DNA of 64,000 nt from Chiloscyllium plagiosum (Eukaryota), in contig NC_057754.1 of NCBI RefSeq assembly GCF_004010195.1, positions 4,239,937 to 4,303,936 of the forward strand, written 5' to 3'. Positions 49,923 to 61,082 of the stretch are shown piece by piece (position 1 is the first letter of the stretch; each line of letters begins with the position of its first letter). The position numbers and the translations under genes were made by a program. The notes below the pieces were generated by a model, which saw nothing but the letters and a program-made list of their open reading frames with translations, ran no database searches and was not told where the DNA came from.

Positions 49923-50664
49923 AGTTGGCTGAGTGAGATGTGGTTTGTATGGAGTGCACTGAGCAGATGGACTGAATGGCCTGCAGTTTCGATGATCGGA
50001 AACCGATGCTGGGTGAGGAGGTTCTAATGAATCCCAACATACAGTGCGACTCAGGCCGGCACAGGAAGGAGCTGAGCCAGATACCCAGGAAGGGCACCAG
50101 CATTGGTGGGAACAACGAACTCCGGAAGCAACGAACCCTATCCCAGAGAGGAAGGGATGAGAGATGATCTCAGATCATGACCGTAACCCACCAGCAAATT
50201 GCAAATACTCACAGTGCAACCGGAGGAGCCATTTTGGCAAAACAAAATGGAAATTTAGAACATTCCAACAGCAAGTGTCCTCACTGTTGAGGAGATGGGT
50301 GGTAACAGATGTGTGGTTTGGAATGACATGCCGAGCATTTAACCGAGGCAGTCCCTGACATGCCTCAGTGGTGTGCGCGCACTCACCTCTGACTCAGCGA
50401 ATTGTGGGTTCGAATCACACGCAATTCCCTCACGGGCATCACTGGCTAGGCCACCATTTGTTGCCCATCCCCAGTTGCCCAGAGGAACAGCTGAGAGTCA
50501 ACCATGTCGCTTTGTGGGTCTGGGAGTATTGGAGGAACTGTGGGGGAGGGGTGGGGAGCAAGTTGATCTCGAGGCTGAGATTCTGAGATTGGGAACGTGC
50601 TCCCTGGAAAAGTGGGCATGGGCTGATCCCGCCAAGGGTTTTGGAAGGGTTGGAGTTCACCTAG

Positions 50665-50850
50665 GGTGTGTGTTTGTGTGTGTGTGTGTGCGCGCGCGTG
50701 TGCAGGTGTTGTGTTTGTGTGTGTGTGTGTGTGAGAGAAAGTGTTTGTTTGTGTGTGCGTGTGTGTTTGCATGTGTGTTTGTGTGTCTGTGTGCATTTGT
50801 GTGTGTGAAAGTATTTGTGTGTGTCAGTGTGTGTGCATGTGTATGTGTGG
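50665..50850. repeat. Degenerate (GT)n microsatellite
   Basis: Direct inspection. Confidence 0.9.
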
Positions 50851-51559
50851 TTGGGAACTCTGTGGACAGTGGGTAGGTTGTTAACTGGAAGTCATAGTCC
50901 TAATATTTCTGTGTTGGTTATGTCAAGCTAAAAACAGCAAAGAAATAAATTATCTCAACATAGGAACGCCAGATTTAGGCCATTCTGCCCCTATTAGTCT
51001 GGTTATGGCCTCAATTACACTTTCCTCACAACCTAGTGCCCCTGATGTAACCTCCCTCCTGCCATCACCAGCAGCTGATGGTGCTGCCATCTGCAGGTCA
51101 TTGGCTCAACTGAGTGTTTAAAAACCTGTTAATTAGCTCGGCAACATCCAGGACAAAGCAGTCCTATTGGATGGCGCCAACATCCACTCCCTCCACTACT
51201 GATTATCAGTTGCAGCAGTGTGTGCCCTCTGTGCAAGATGCACTCATCAAGGCTCCTTTAACAGCAAACTCTGGCCACTCCCATCTTGAAGGGCAGCAGA
51301 CAAACGGGAACACCAGCCCCCTGAAATTTCCCTTCCGAGCCACTCACCATCCTGACTTGGAAACATATCGGCCGTTCCTTCACTGTCGCTGGGTCGGAAT
51401 TCCTGGAACTCCCTCCCTACAGCCAAACCCATTTACAACCAACACACCCAGGGCTATGGCAGTATGTGGGCCTGAACTCGACCAAAGAGCCAGCCCCGAG
51501 CAGCCCGCGTGACCGCTGACCGCGCCGATTCCCATGAGAAGGAAAGGAGTGCCGCTCAC

Positions 51560-51792
51560 CATCTTTGGCAAGGTTTCCTGAAAGCAGCGGCCCAGTTTCT
51601 TCTGTGAGGTGGGGAGGGTCCTGGGTGGGTAATGGTTGACCTTCTGCACGGGTTGGTGGTGGACCAGGATCGGCTGGTGCAGTAGGTTCTTCTGCTCTCC
51701 CAGGTAGCTGCCCAGGCTGGAGACCCCGTGGATCTGCACCATGGCTTCCGCAGGATGCTTGACGTGCAGGTTTATGACAGGCTGTGGCTGTG
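51560..51792 (-). CDS. LTBP3: LTBP3 exon ~3 (QPQPVINLHVKHPAEAMVQIH...LGRCFQETLPKM), start of hybrid domain
   Basis: Acceptor attccag|CA CAG, donor AAG ATG|gtgagc; 233 nt, phase 1-0. Confidence 0.92.
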
Positions 51793-51949
51793 CTGGAATA
51801 GCGAGGGACACCATCATCAGTTATTGCCTTGGGGGAGATGGGGAAATTAAAATAGTGACGTTTCGCTCTGGTCACATTGGTGAGGCCACCCAAGTCTGGG
51901 GCACATTGCGTCTTCTTATTGAAGGAGGACTGTCTGGGTAAGGAATCTG

Positions 51950-52252
51950 TACGCTGTAGATAGAGGCTGTTCAACCCATTGAGTCTGCACAAACCCTCCA
52001 TCGGATATCTCACCCCAATAATTAGACGTTAACCGTGGCTCATCTGCCTGCACTTCCCTGGACAGGACAGGGTAACGTTTAGCATGGTCAATGCACCTAA
52101 CCTGCACATTTTTGGCCTGTGAGAGGAAACTGGAGCACCCAGAGGGCACAGACATGAGGACAATGTGTAAACTCTGCACAGATAGTAGCCCAAGGGTGGA
52201 ATTGAACTCAAGTCCCTGACGTGGTGATGCAGCAGTGCTAATCACTGAGCCA
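51950..52252 (-). mobile_element. HE1-like V-SINE, older
   Basis: Head and V-domain on the minus strand. Confidence 0.8.
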
Positions 52253-52487
52253 TAGTTCTCCTGAATTTTCAACTGAATTTATTAGCCTGTATTATATTGT
52301 CCAGAGCTCTAGTAATCAATTAACGAATCAGTTAGGGAGGTGTTGGCCCTAGTATTATCACTAGACTGTTAATCCAGAGACCTAGGTAATTAGCTGGGTT
52401 CAAATCCTGCCATGGCAGATGGTGAAGTTTGAGTTCAATTTAAAAAATCTGGACTTAAATGTCTACTGATGACCATGAAACCATTGC

Positions 52488-52695
52488 AGAAGTTGCTGGA
52501 AAAGCTCAACAGATCTGTCAGCATCTGTGAAGAGAAATCAGAGTTAATGTTTCAGGTCTGGTGACCCTTCCTCAGAACTGGAGAAGAGTCACCAGACCCA
52601 ATCATTAATTCTGATTTCCCTTCACAGATGCTGCCAGGCCTGCTGAGCTTTTCCAGAAATTTCTGTTTTTGTTTCTGTTTTACAGTATCCACAGT
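52488..52695 (+). mobile_element. Palindromic element (family A-related), its tail interrupted by an HE1 copy
   Basis: Arms gaagttgctggaaaagctca...tgagcttttccagaaatttc; 13-bp direct repeat atgaaaccattgc at 52475-87 and 53027-39. Confidence 0.8.
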
Positions 52696-53010
52696 TTAGA
52701 TTAGATTAGATTACAGTGTGGAAACAGGCCCTTTGGCCCAACAAGTCCACACCGACCCGCCGAAGCACAACCCACCCATACATTTACCCCTTCACCTAAC
52801 ACTACGGGCAATTTAGCATAGCCAATTCCCCTGACCTGCACATCTTTGGACTGTGGGAGGAAACCGGAGCACCCGACCCGGAGGAAACCCACGCAGACAC
52901 GGGGAGAATGTGCAAACTCCACACAGTCAGTCGCCTGAGGCGGGAATTGAACCCGGGTCTCAGGCGCAGTGAGGCAGCAGTGCTAACCACTGTGCCACCG
53001 TGCTGCCCAC
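52696..53010 (-). mobile_element. Full-length young HE1-like V-SINE
   Basis: Near reverse complement of 34099-34460, with (ttaga)n tail. Confidence 0.93.
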
Positions 53011-53289
53011 TTTTGGATTTTAACCAATGAAACCATTGCTGATTATTGGAAAAGCCCATCTGGGTCACTAACGTCCTTTAGGGAAGGAAACTGCCACCTT
53101 TACCTTGTCTGGCCTACATGTGACTCCAGACCCACAGCGATGTGGCTGACTTTTAACTTTGTACTGGGCAACTAGGGACAGGGCTATAAATGCTGGCCTA
53201 GCCAGTGATGTCCACATCCTGTGAGTGAATAAATTTATAAAAATGGCCACATAAGATGGGTAAAAAAACACACTTAAGAGCTACTTTGG

Positions 53290-53625
53290 ATGGTATAGTG
53301 GCTCAGTGGTTAGCACTGCTGCCTCCCAGCGCCAGGGACCTGGGTTTGATTCCAGCCTCAAACGACTGTGTGGAGTTTGTACATTCTCCCTGTGGCTGCG
53401 TGGGTTTCCTCCGGGTACTCTGGTTTCCTCCCACAGTCCAAAAATGTTTAGGTTAGGGCAGGTTGGCCATGGGAAATTGCCCCGCTGTGTCCAGGGATGT
53501 GCAGGCTAGGTAGGTTAGCCACGGGAAATGCAGGGGTACAGGAAAAGGGTGGGGGGCTGGGTCTGGTTGGGATGTCCTTTGGAGGGCTGGTGCAGAGTTG
53601 ATGGACCGAATAGCCTCTCTATGAT
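53290..53625 (+). mobile_element. HE1-like V-SINE
   Basis: tRNA head gtggctcagtggttagcactgctgcc and V-domain. Confidence 0.87.
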
Positions 53626-53820
53626 AGCTGTCCAATGGCTGCTTCACCTGTATGCATGAATTTCTAGACAAGAGAAGGACAGAGGTCTGCCCACTCTGCT
53701 TTCTATCTACCCTGCCATCACATGGTACAACAATAATGGAGGTGTTGACAATGTTGAGTCAAGAGACAATGGGGGGTGAGGAAGGCTCCAGAGGTGCATG
53801 GCTTTGGGAGCTGAGCTACA

Positions 53821-54034
53821 ATTCCCTTCTGGAGTTACAGGTTTGGGTGGGATGCTCTTCAGAGGGTTGGTGCAGACTCAATGGGCTGAACGGCCTCTTT
53901 CTGTACTATAGAACATAGAACATAGAACATAGAACAATACAGCACAGATTCCCTTCTGGAGTTACAGGTTTGGGTGGGATGCTCTTCAGAGGGTTGGTGC
54001 AGACTCAATGGGCTGAACGGCCTCTTTCTGTACT
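53821..54034. repeat. Perfect 87-bp direct repeat flanking a 40-bp antisense CR1 tail
   Basis: 53821-53907 is identical to 53948-54034; the insert is atagaac x4 plus aatacagcacag. Confidence 0.92.
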
Positions 54035-54057
54035 GTTGGGATTCTACAAAATCTGCC

Positions 54058-54278
54058 GTATGGGTTTCCTCCGGGTGCTCCAATTTCCTCCCACAGTCCA
54101 AAGATGTGCAGCTTAGGGTGGATTGGCTGTGCTAAATTGCCCCATTGTGTCCAGGGATGGACAGTGAGTTAGCCATGGGAAATAGAGGATCACAGGGAAA
54201 GGATTGGTGGCTGGTTTTGGGTGAGATGTTCTTCGATTGGCCGAATGGCCTCTTTCCGCACTGTCGGGATTCTATGAT
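54058..54278 (+). mobile_element. 5'-truncated HE1-like SINE
   Basis: gggtttcctccgggtgctcc...cagtccaaagatgtgcag and tail. Confidence 0.8.
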
Positions 54279-54511
54279 AGATTCGCTCGATCATTTCACT
54301 GACAGAGTTGGGATCTCGCTCCGTGTGCTGATCTGAGGAAACCTTTGAATACAATATTTTTGCAACATCGCTTCATGTGGGTCGACCCACTGAAGCCTGA
54401 CCTGACGGAATACTGCGGACCCTTTCCGCAAATGAGGAAAGAAAGAGAGTCCAATACCTTCCGGTCTGTGATGAGGTCCTCTAGAACTCACGATTCCGTA
54501 GCTGTACTTAC

Positions 54512-54745
54512 CCGGGGAATGGTCCCCGGGACCCTGCGAGTCCGGGGTGAGCTGGAGGGTGAAGACCGAATGTTTGTAGGCTTCAGAGGCCTTGTCTGGG
54601 AGCTGCTCGCCTGCCTGCGGCTGGTGAGGCTGGCCCTGCCCGCTGACCGCAATCTGGCAGAACTTGCCGGTGAAGTTGGACGGGCAGTGGCATCGGTTCC
54701 TGGAGCTGCATTGCCCTCCGTTCATGCAGGGGAGCGGGCACACCA
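54512..54745 (-). CDS. LTBP3: LTBP3 exon ~2, EGF-like domain (VVCPLPCMNGGQCSSRNRCHCPSNFTGKFCQ...GDHSP)
   Basis: Acceptor ttccag|TG GTG TGC, donor CCG G|gtaagt; 234 nt, phase 1-1. Confidence 0.93.
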
Positions 54746-55029
54746 CTGGAAATTCAACAGAAGAAAGAACAATTAGCCCTGAGATAACAAAATCTGATCC
54801 TTCTGTTCCTTAACGGCAGACCTCTGTTCTCTGCAGTAAAAGTGAAGAGCTACTTGTAGAAAGTCTAAAAATTAGCTTTTGGGGATGATAGCTAGACTGA
54901 GAGGGGGCTCCTTTCTCCAGACTAGGGAAGATCACAGCCTGAAAGATTTTGTTGAATTTCAAACGGGTACAGTCAGATAGACACAAGGAAGATGTAGGCC
55001 AGACCCAAACTTGGATAACATAACATTGT

Positions 55030-55285
55030 GCAGTGGTATAGTCACTGGCTTAACAATTGAGGCCAATGTTATGGGGATGTGGGTTCAAATTCTATCATAA
55101 CAAATGGTGAAATTTGAAGTTTTTTTTAAAGGAAGTTATTCTGGAATCAAAATGTTGGTAAGACAGTGACGCAAGCTGCCAACTGTTGTAAGAGAACACC
55201 CATCTGGTTCATACTCCTTTCATGAAGGTGTTCTGCTGTGACTACATGGGACTCGAAACGCACAGTAATGTGGTTGACTCTTAAC
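55030..55285 (+). mobile_element. SacSINE-like degenerate copy
   Basis: B box gggttcaaattc and cacagtaatgtggttgactcttaac. Confidence 0.55.
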
Positions 55286-55538
55286 CAAACTCAGCAAAAA
55301 CAGAAACACAGTTATATCAGTTGTACACAATGGCCCCTGAGAAAAAGTTTGAGGAGATAGAGATACAAAATCAGGTCAAGACCAGGACAAAAGAAATTTT
55401 GTCTTGTTAGGAACTCTCTAAAGTTGCAGAATAAGCGACCTTCACAATGATGAAAATACAATCACAGTACAGATACACAGAGAGGAATCTACACCCTGAG
55501 TGGAGTTAGATGTTAGACAGCGAGTGGCCCGTATCACA

Positions 55539-56172
55539 CTGAATAAACACTGACTCTGTACGGTTACACAGTGAGTGACCCTTATCCTGCTGAATAAACA
55601 CTGACTCTGTACAGTTACACAGTGGGTGACCCTTACCCTGCTGAATAAACACTGACTCTGTACGGTTACACAGCGTGTAACCCTTGCTCTGTTGAATAAA
55701 TACTGACTCTGGACAGTTACACAGTGACTGACCCTTATCATGCTCAATAAACCCTGACTCTGTACGTTTATACAGCAAGTGACACTTACCCTCCTCAATA
55801 AACACTGACTGTGTACGGTTACACAGTGAGTGACCCTTACCCTGCTCAATAAACACTGACTCTGTACAGTTACGCAGTGAGTGACCCTTAACCTGCTGAA
55901 TAAACACGGACTGTGTACAGTTACACAGCAAATGACCCTTACCCTGCTGAATAAACACTGACTGCGTACAGTTACACAGTGAGTGACCCTTAACCTGCTC
56001 AATAAACACTGACTGCGTACAGTTACACAGTGAGTGACCCTTACCCTGCTCAATAAACACTAACTGTGTACAGTTTCACAGCAAGTGACCCTTACCCTGC
56101 TCAATAAACACTGACTCTGTACGGTTACACAGTGAATGACCGTTACCCTGCTGAATAAACGCTGACTCTATA
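55539..56172. repeat. 51-bp minisatellite, about 12 copies
   Basis: Unit ctgaataaacactgactctgtacggttacacagtgagtgacccttaccctg; 17-aa periodic ORFs. Confidence 0.95.
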
Positions 56173-56174
56173 CA

Positions 56175-56900
56175 AGGTGTTGTCAAACAGGAAGACCTAA
56201 GGGCTCAGATTGATAATTCTTTGAAGTTTGTGTCACAAGTAGACAGGGTGGTTAAGAAGGTGTTTGGCACCCTCGCCTTCATTCCTCAGACCATTACATA
56301 CATGTATTTGGACGTCATGTAGTGATTGTACAGGATGGTGGTGAGGCCACTTGTGGAATATGGCGTACTGCTCTGATTGGCCTGCTTTCGGAAGGATATT
56401 ATTAAATTGGAATGGGTGCAGAATTGATTGATAAGGATGTTACCAGGACTGGAGGGTTTGAGTTATAAGGAGAGGCTGGATAGGCTGGGACCTTTTTCAC
56501 CAGAGCATAGGAGGTTGAGGAATAACCTTACAGAGGTTGAGAAAATCATAAGTGGCATGGATAAGATGAATAGCATAGGTCTTTTCTCGAGAGTAAGGGT
56601 GTTCAATACTAGAGGGTGTACGTTTGAGGTGAGAGGACAAAGGTTTAAAAGAGACCTGAGTGTAACTTTTTCACACACATGGTGGTGCGTGTGTGGAATG
56701 AGCTGTCAGAGGATGTGGTAGATGCAGGTGCAGTTACAACGTTTAAAAGACATTTGGACAGGAACACAAATAGGAAGGGTTTAGAGGGATATGGGTCAAA
56801 TGCTGGCAATGGGACTCATTTAGCGAGGGAAACTTTGTCAGCATTTGACAAGATGGGCCGTCGGGTCTGTTTCCATGCTGTATGACTCTATAACTCTATT
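56175..56900 (+). mobile_element. CR1 LINE 3' fragment
   Basis: RMLPGLEGLSYKERLDRLG...FKRHLD and tail ccatgctgtatgactcta. Confidence 0.88.
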
Positions 56901-56911
56901 AGAAATACTCC

Positions 56912-57165
56912 ATATCTAACCCTGTGCTTACCTGACCAGGGAATGTTTGATGGCGACAGTGTAGAGGGATCTTTACTCTTTTTCTAACCCCGTGCTGTCC
57001 CTATCCTGGGAGTGTTTGATGAGGGACAGTGTAGAGGAAGTTTTACTCTGTGTCTAACCCCGTGCTGTCCCTATCCTGGGAGTGTTTGCTAGCGGACAGT
57101 GTAGAGGGAGCTTTACTCTGTATCTAACCCCATGCTGCAGCTGCCCAGAGAGTGTTTGACACCTT
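56912..57165. repeat. 70-bp minisatellite, 3-4 copies (third array of this unit)
   Basis: Same unit as 3305-4230. Confidence 0.9.
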
Positions 57166-57967
57166 GCCCACGAAACGGGAAGCATTTTAGACTGAACACT
57201 GACCTCCTTCGTAACAAATCGTACAGAGTCAGGTAGCAGTCCTGCTCCCCAGTACAAGCTGCTGCTAGCTTTGAGCAGCTGTGGCCGCTTGTGGTCTGAA
57301 TCCAGAATGTTTGCGGTAATTGGAAAACATTTGTAACAAGAGCTCCTCCAGTCAGAGATGTAATCCAAGGAAGGATTCCAATGAACCAGATCATTCTTTG
57401 TCCAGCGTCTTCAATCTGTCTTGCTGATTCGGATCCAACCCTGAAGCCTCTGATCCTGATCCAAGAACAAGTTGATCTGCACTTTTTCAAGTATTTGAGT
57501 CTGAGAATGTGGGAGGGTACATTTTTCATTTTCCATTCCTTTATTCTCTAGATGGGGGCGTCACTGTGAAGGTCAGTGTTTGTAGCATGTTGTATTTAGA
57601 GCTTATACCTCTCCCCGCTTATTATGAGCTGCTGCAATCAATGTTCCATCAGTGCTGTCAAACTACGGCAGTTCCAGATTTCACCTTCCCTCCTCCCCTC
57701 CCCCCACTCCCCAATGATGACTGAATGCCAGCATCACAGGATGGTTGGGGCGCAGAAGGAGGTCAATGCATCAGTACCAGCCCCTCAAATGAGCAACGCA
57801 CCCCAGCGCCAATTTCCTGTCTTCTCACCCATCTTTTCATTTTCAAAATGGCTGCCAACACCATCTTGAATGCCTCCCAGATGTTCACCACGACCCCTGT
57901 GAACGCACATCTCCTCCTGTCTCCGTGGGAACAGTTTCACCGCTGCCTGCCCTGTCTCTACCTCTTG

Positions 57968-58305
57968 TAGAATCCCCTATAAAAGCAGGCCATTCAGCCC
58001 ATCACCGGGGCTCTGAAGAGCATCCCACTCAGACCCACACTATCCCACTAACCATGCATTCCCCATGGTTAACTCACCAAACCCGCACATCCCTGGACAC
58101 TACGGGGCAACTTAGCATGGCCAATCCACCCTAACCTACACACCTTTGGACTACTGGAGGAAACCAGAGCACCCGAAGAAAATCCACGCAGACACGGGAA
58201 GAATGTGCAAACTCTACACAGACAGTCACCCGAGGGTGGTATCAAACCTAGGTCCCTGACGGTGTGAGGCAGCAGTAGTGTCCATTGAACCACCGTGACA
58301 CCCAA
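57968..58305 (-). mobile_element. HE1-like V-SINE
   Basis: Head and V-domain on the minus strand. Confidence 0.85.
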
Positions 58306-58679
58306 AGTAGCTCTTAAGTATATTTTTTTAAATCCATCCTTAGCCTCACTTTTAAAACAAGAAGCATTGAAGGTTTCCCAGTTGTACTAGGCATTTGGAT
58401 CAAAGTCTAAGGGGTCATGTAGAATCCTATACCTATTCCTGGGGCAGCTGTCACCCTCAGGCAGCCTGCTCTAGGGGTTAGAGGTCGCGGGTTTAGAATG
58501 TGCTGTTGAAGGTGCCTCGGCCAGTTGCTGCAGTGCACCATGGGAATTGTGGGCAGTCCATCATCAGTCAGCCATTTCAAGAGCAACCTCTTTCACCTTC
58601 GCTCTGAATTAATATCCATTCTAAGAGGAAGAGCCCTTAGGAACCTTGTTAGGATCACTTGCTTCTTTTTGTCAAATCC

Positions 58680-59255
58680 ATTCACAGGATGTGGGTGTCA
58701 TTGACCAGTCCGGCATATATTACTCATCCTTAGTTGCCCAGAGGGCAGTTAAGAGCCAACCACATTACTATGGGTCTGGAGTCACAGGTAGGCCAGACCA
58801 AGTATAGGGTTCCCTTCCATAAAGGAAGTTAGTGAACCAGATAATGGGCTTTTTCTGACAATTGCCAATGGTTTCATGGTCATCATTAGCACCTTCATTC
58901 CAGATTTTTATTGAATTCAAACTCCACCATCTGTCATGGCGGGATTTGAACCCAGGTCCCCAACACATTTACCTCGGTCTCTGGATTAACCCAAAATGAA
59001 GACCTGTGGTTGCTAGAAACCTGAAGCAAAAACAGAAAGTGCTGGAGAAACTCAGCAGGTCTGGCAGCAGCTGTGGAGAGAGAAAGCAGAGTTAGTGTTT
59101 CAAGTCCAGTGACCCTTCTTCAGAAATGTTCCGGACGTCAAATGTTGACCGCTTTCTCTCCACGGATACTGCTAGACCTGCGGAGTTTCTCCAACAATTT
59201 TCTGTTTTCCGTCTCTGAATTAATAGTCTGGTTGTAATACCACTAGACCACTGTT
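58680..59255 (-). mobile_element. SacSINE-like SINE interrupted by a palindromic element at 58990-59210
   Basis: Target duplication gtctctggattaa (58977-89) and gtctctgaattaa (59211-23); insert has inverted arms aaaacagaaagtgctggagaaactc...gagtttctccaacaattttctgtttt. Confidence 0.8.
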
Positions 59256-59312
59256 CCCCCTTGTAGGTAGGTAGTTAAGTCTTTAAAGTGAAGGTGCTGT
59301 CAGATCAGGATG

Positions 59313-60050
59313 AATCACACAACACAGAAACACACCCTTCGATCCAACCAGTCCATGCCGACCATGATCCCAAACTAAACTGGTCCCACCTGCCTGCTCC
59401 TGGCCCACATCTCACCAAACATTTCTTATTCGTGAACTTATCTCAATGTTTTTTAAATGTTGTAACTGTACCTGCACCCATCATCTCCTCTGGAAGTTCA
59501 TTCTAGACATGAACCACTCTCTGAGTGAAAATTGCACCCCATGTCTTTTTAATGTCTTTCTCCTCTCACCTTAAAAATGTGCCCCTTAGTCTTCCAATCC
59601 CCCCACCGTAAGGAAAAAACACCTGCCATTCACCTTATCTATATGCCTCAGGATTTTATAAACCTCTAATAGGTCACCTCTCAACCTCCTACGCTCCAGT
59701 GAAAAAAGTCCCAGCCTATCCAGCCTCTTCTCATAACTCAAACCCTTCATTCCCGGCAACATCCTGGTAAATCTCTTCAGAACCCTCTCCAACTTAATAA
59801 TATCCTTCCTATAACAGGGCGACTAAAACTGGACACAATATTCCAGAAGAGGCCTCACCAACGTCCTGTGCATCCTCACCATGACGTCCCAGCTCCTACA
59901 CTCAAAAGGTCTGAGCAATGAAGGCAAGCGCGCTGAACACCTTCTTAATCATCCTGTCTGTAGAGATGCAAACTTCAAAGAATTATGTACCTGAACCACT
60001 AGGTTCTACAACACTATCCAAGGCCCTGTTTTTAACTGTATAAGTCTTGT
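59313..60050 (-). mobile_element. CR1 LINE 3' fragment
   Basis: Minus-strand RFTRMLPGMKGLSYEKRLDRLGLFSLERRRLRGDL. Confidence 0.9.
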
Positions 60051-61082
60051 GTTTGTTTCTGTGTTGAAAAATGCAAGTGTAGGAGGTAATGGATGAAGGG
60101 ACATGTTGTGGACTAATGAGAAGGCAGCAGAATTTGGGATCAGGCCAAGTTAATGTAAGGTGAGAGTCATAGGATACCAGAATAGTTCAATTTAAAAGTA
60201 ACAAAGACATGAATGGGTGTTCCAACAACAGAGGAGCTGAGGTAGGGTTAGAGTGAGGTGGAAATAGGCTGGAGAAGGAACTGGGGGGTTGTTAGTTGAA
60301 AACAGCCCTTAATTGGAGTCTGTTTTCAGTTTGAGAAACCTCAAGGCTGGCAGTCCCAGAAATCCAGTCAGTTCGTAGCCCTAATAAGGCAGCATTTGCA
60401 GCAAGTCAGCCATGTTGTCGCAGGCTAACGAGGCCTCCAAGAAAAAGCGATAAGGGGAAATTAGACAAATCATTACATCCTGAAAAGTGCTCTTTCAGAG
60501 ACTGCACTCCGGAAGGTTCCTCGGAGACCAGGGGCTAATGAGACCTCTGCGGCAGAAAATCTCTGACAGAAACAAAGCCATTTTCCCAACGCAGAAGTTA
60601 GCTGTAAAAAAAAAAGAGGCCTACCGAGATTCCTTTCAGTCACCCACAAAAGCGCTCACTGATCCAGGCAATGTCAAAGATCAGGCTTTCAGGTAAAACA
60701 CAGGCCAAGTTTTTTTTATATACTATTAAACACTTTCACTGTGAGGAAGTACTTAATTGACAGGAAGCAAGGGTAACTGAAAGACACACAGAGTACTTAA
60801 AGCTCTTTGTAGCGCAAATTAAAATCCATAATTTTCTGGCATTGGGACGAGGAGCAAATCTGTGCCTCAGAAAGAGTGCCTTTGAAATGAAGAACTCACG
60901 TCCCAAAATAACAAAAGGGTAAGTCAAACCCATTGACATCTCATAGCCACAAAGCAGAATGGTGAGGGAGGGGATCAATTAGGCCTGGATTCACTTGTTT
61001 AGAAGAATGAGATCTGATTATAATGCACCAATTTCTAATGGGGCTGGACAATTTGATGCAAGGAGGATGTATCCCGAGTCAT

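Larger units (their letters stand above)
52340..53230 (+). mobile_element. SacSINE1/Deu-like tRNA SINE carrying nested insertions
   Basis: Head ctagactgttaatccagagac...gggttcaaatcc; body resumes at 53027; tail ataaatgctggcc. Confidence 0.72.
3073..54745 (-). other. LTBP3: Span of 15 internal coding exons of an LTBP3-like gene (gene extends beyond both window ends)
   Basis: Exons join in compatible phases to 1929 nt with no stop. Domain order EGF-hybrid-cbEGF-TB-hinge-EGF array is LTBP-type. Motifs VVCPLPCMNGGQCSSRN, CPQGYKRLNSTHCQ, CPAGxGYH, NKPG..GYRSQ and PAPDGxSC match recalled human LTBP3 better than LTBP1/2/4. Confidence 0.88.

Noticed and set aside
50207..50240. AAAATGGC start plus GTGAGT donor on the minus strand (possible alternative first exon)
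   Set aside because: ATG-to-donor distance is 20 nt (phase 2), incompatible with the phase-0 next exon, and there is no upstream acceptor.
50363..50425. tRNA-like sequence with A/B boxes (ggttcgaatc)
   Set aside because: No complete cloverleaf or acceptor stem; probably a decayed SINE head. The same applies to the tRNA-like heads of all SINE copies.
3073..54745. Fibrillin or fibulin identity for the EGF/TB exons
   Set aside because: The order EGF-hybrid-single cbEGF-TB-long hinge-EGF array and the specific motifs fit LTBPs, not fibrillins or fibulins.
55442..56060. 203-aa and 184-aa periodic Cys-containing ORFs
   Set aside because: Translations of the 51-bp minisatellite; no splice or domain support.
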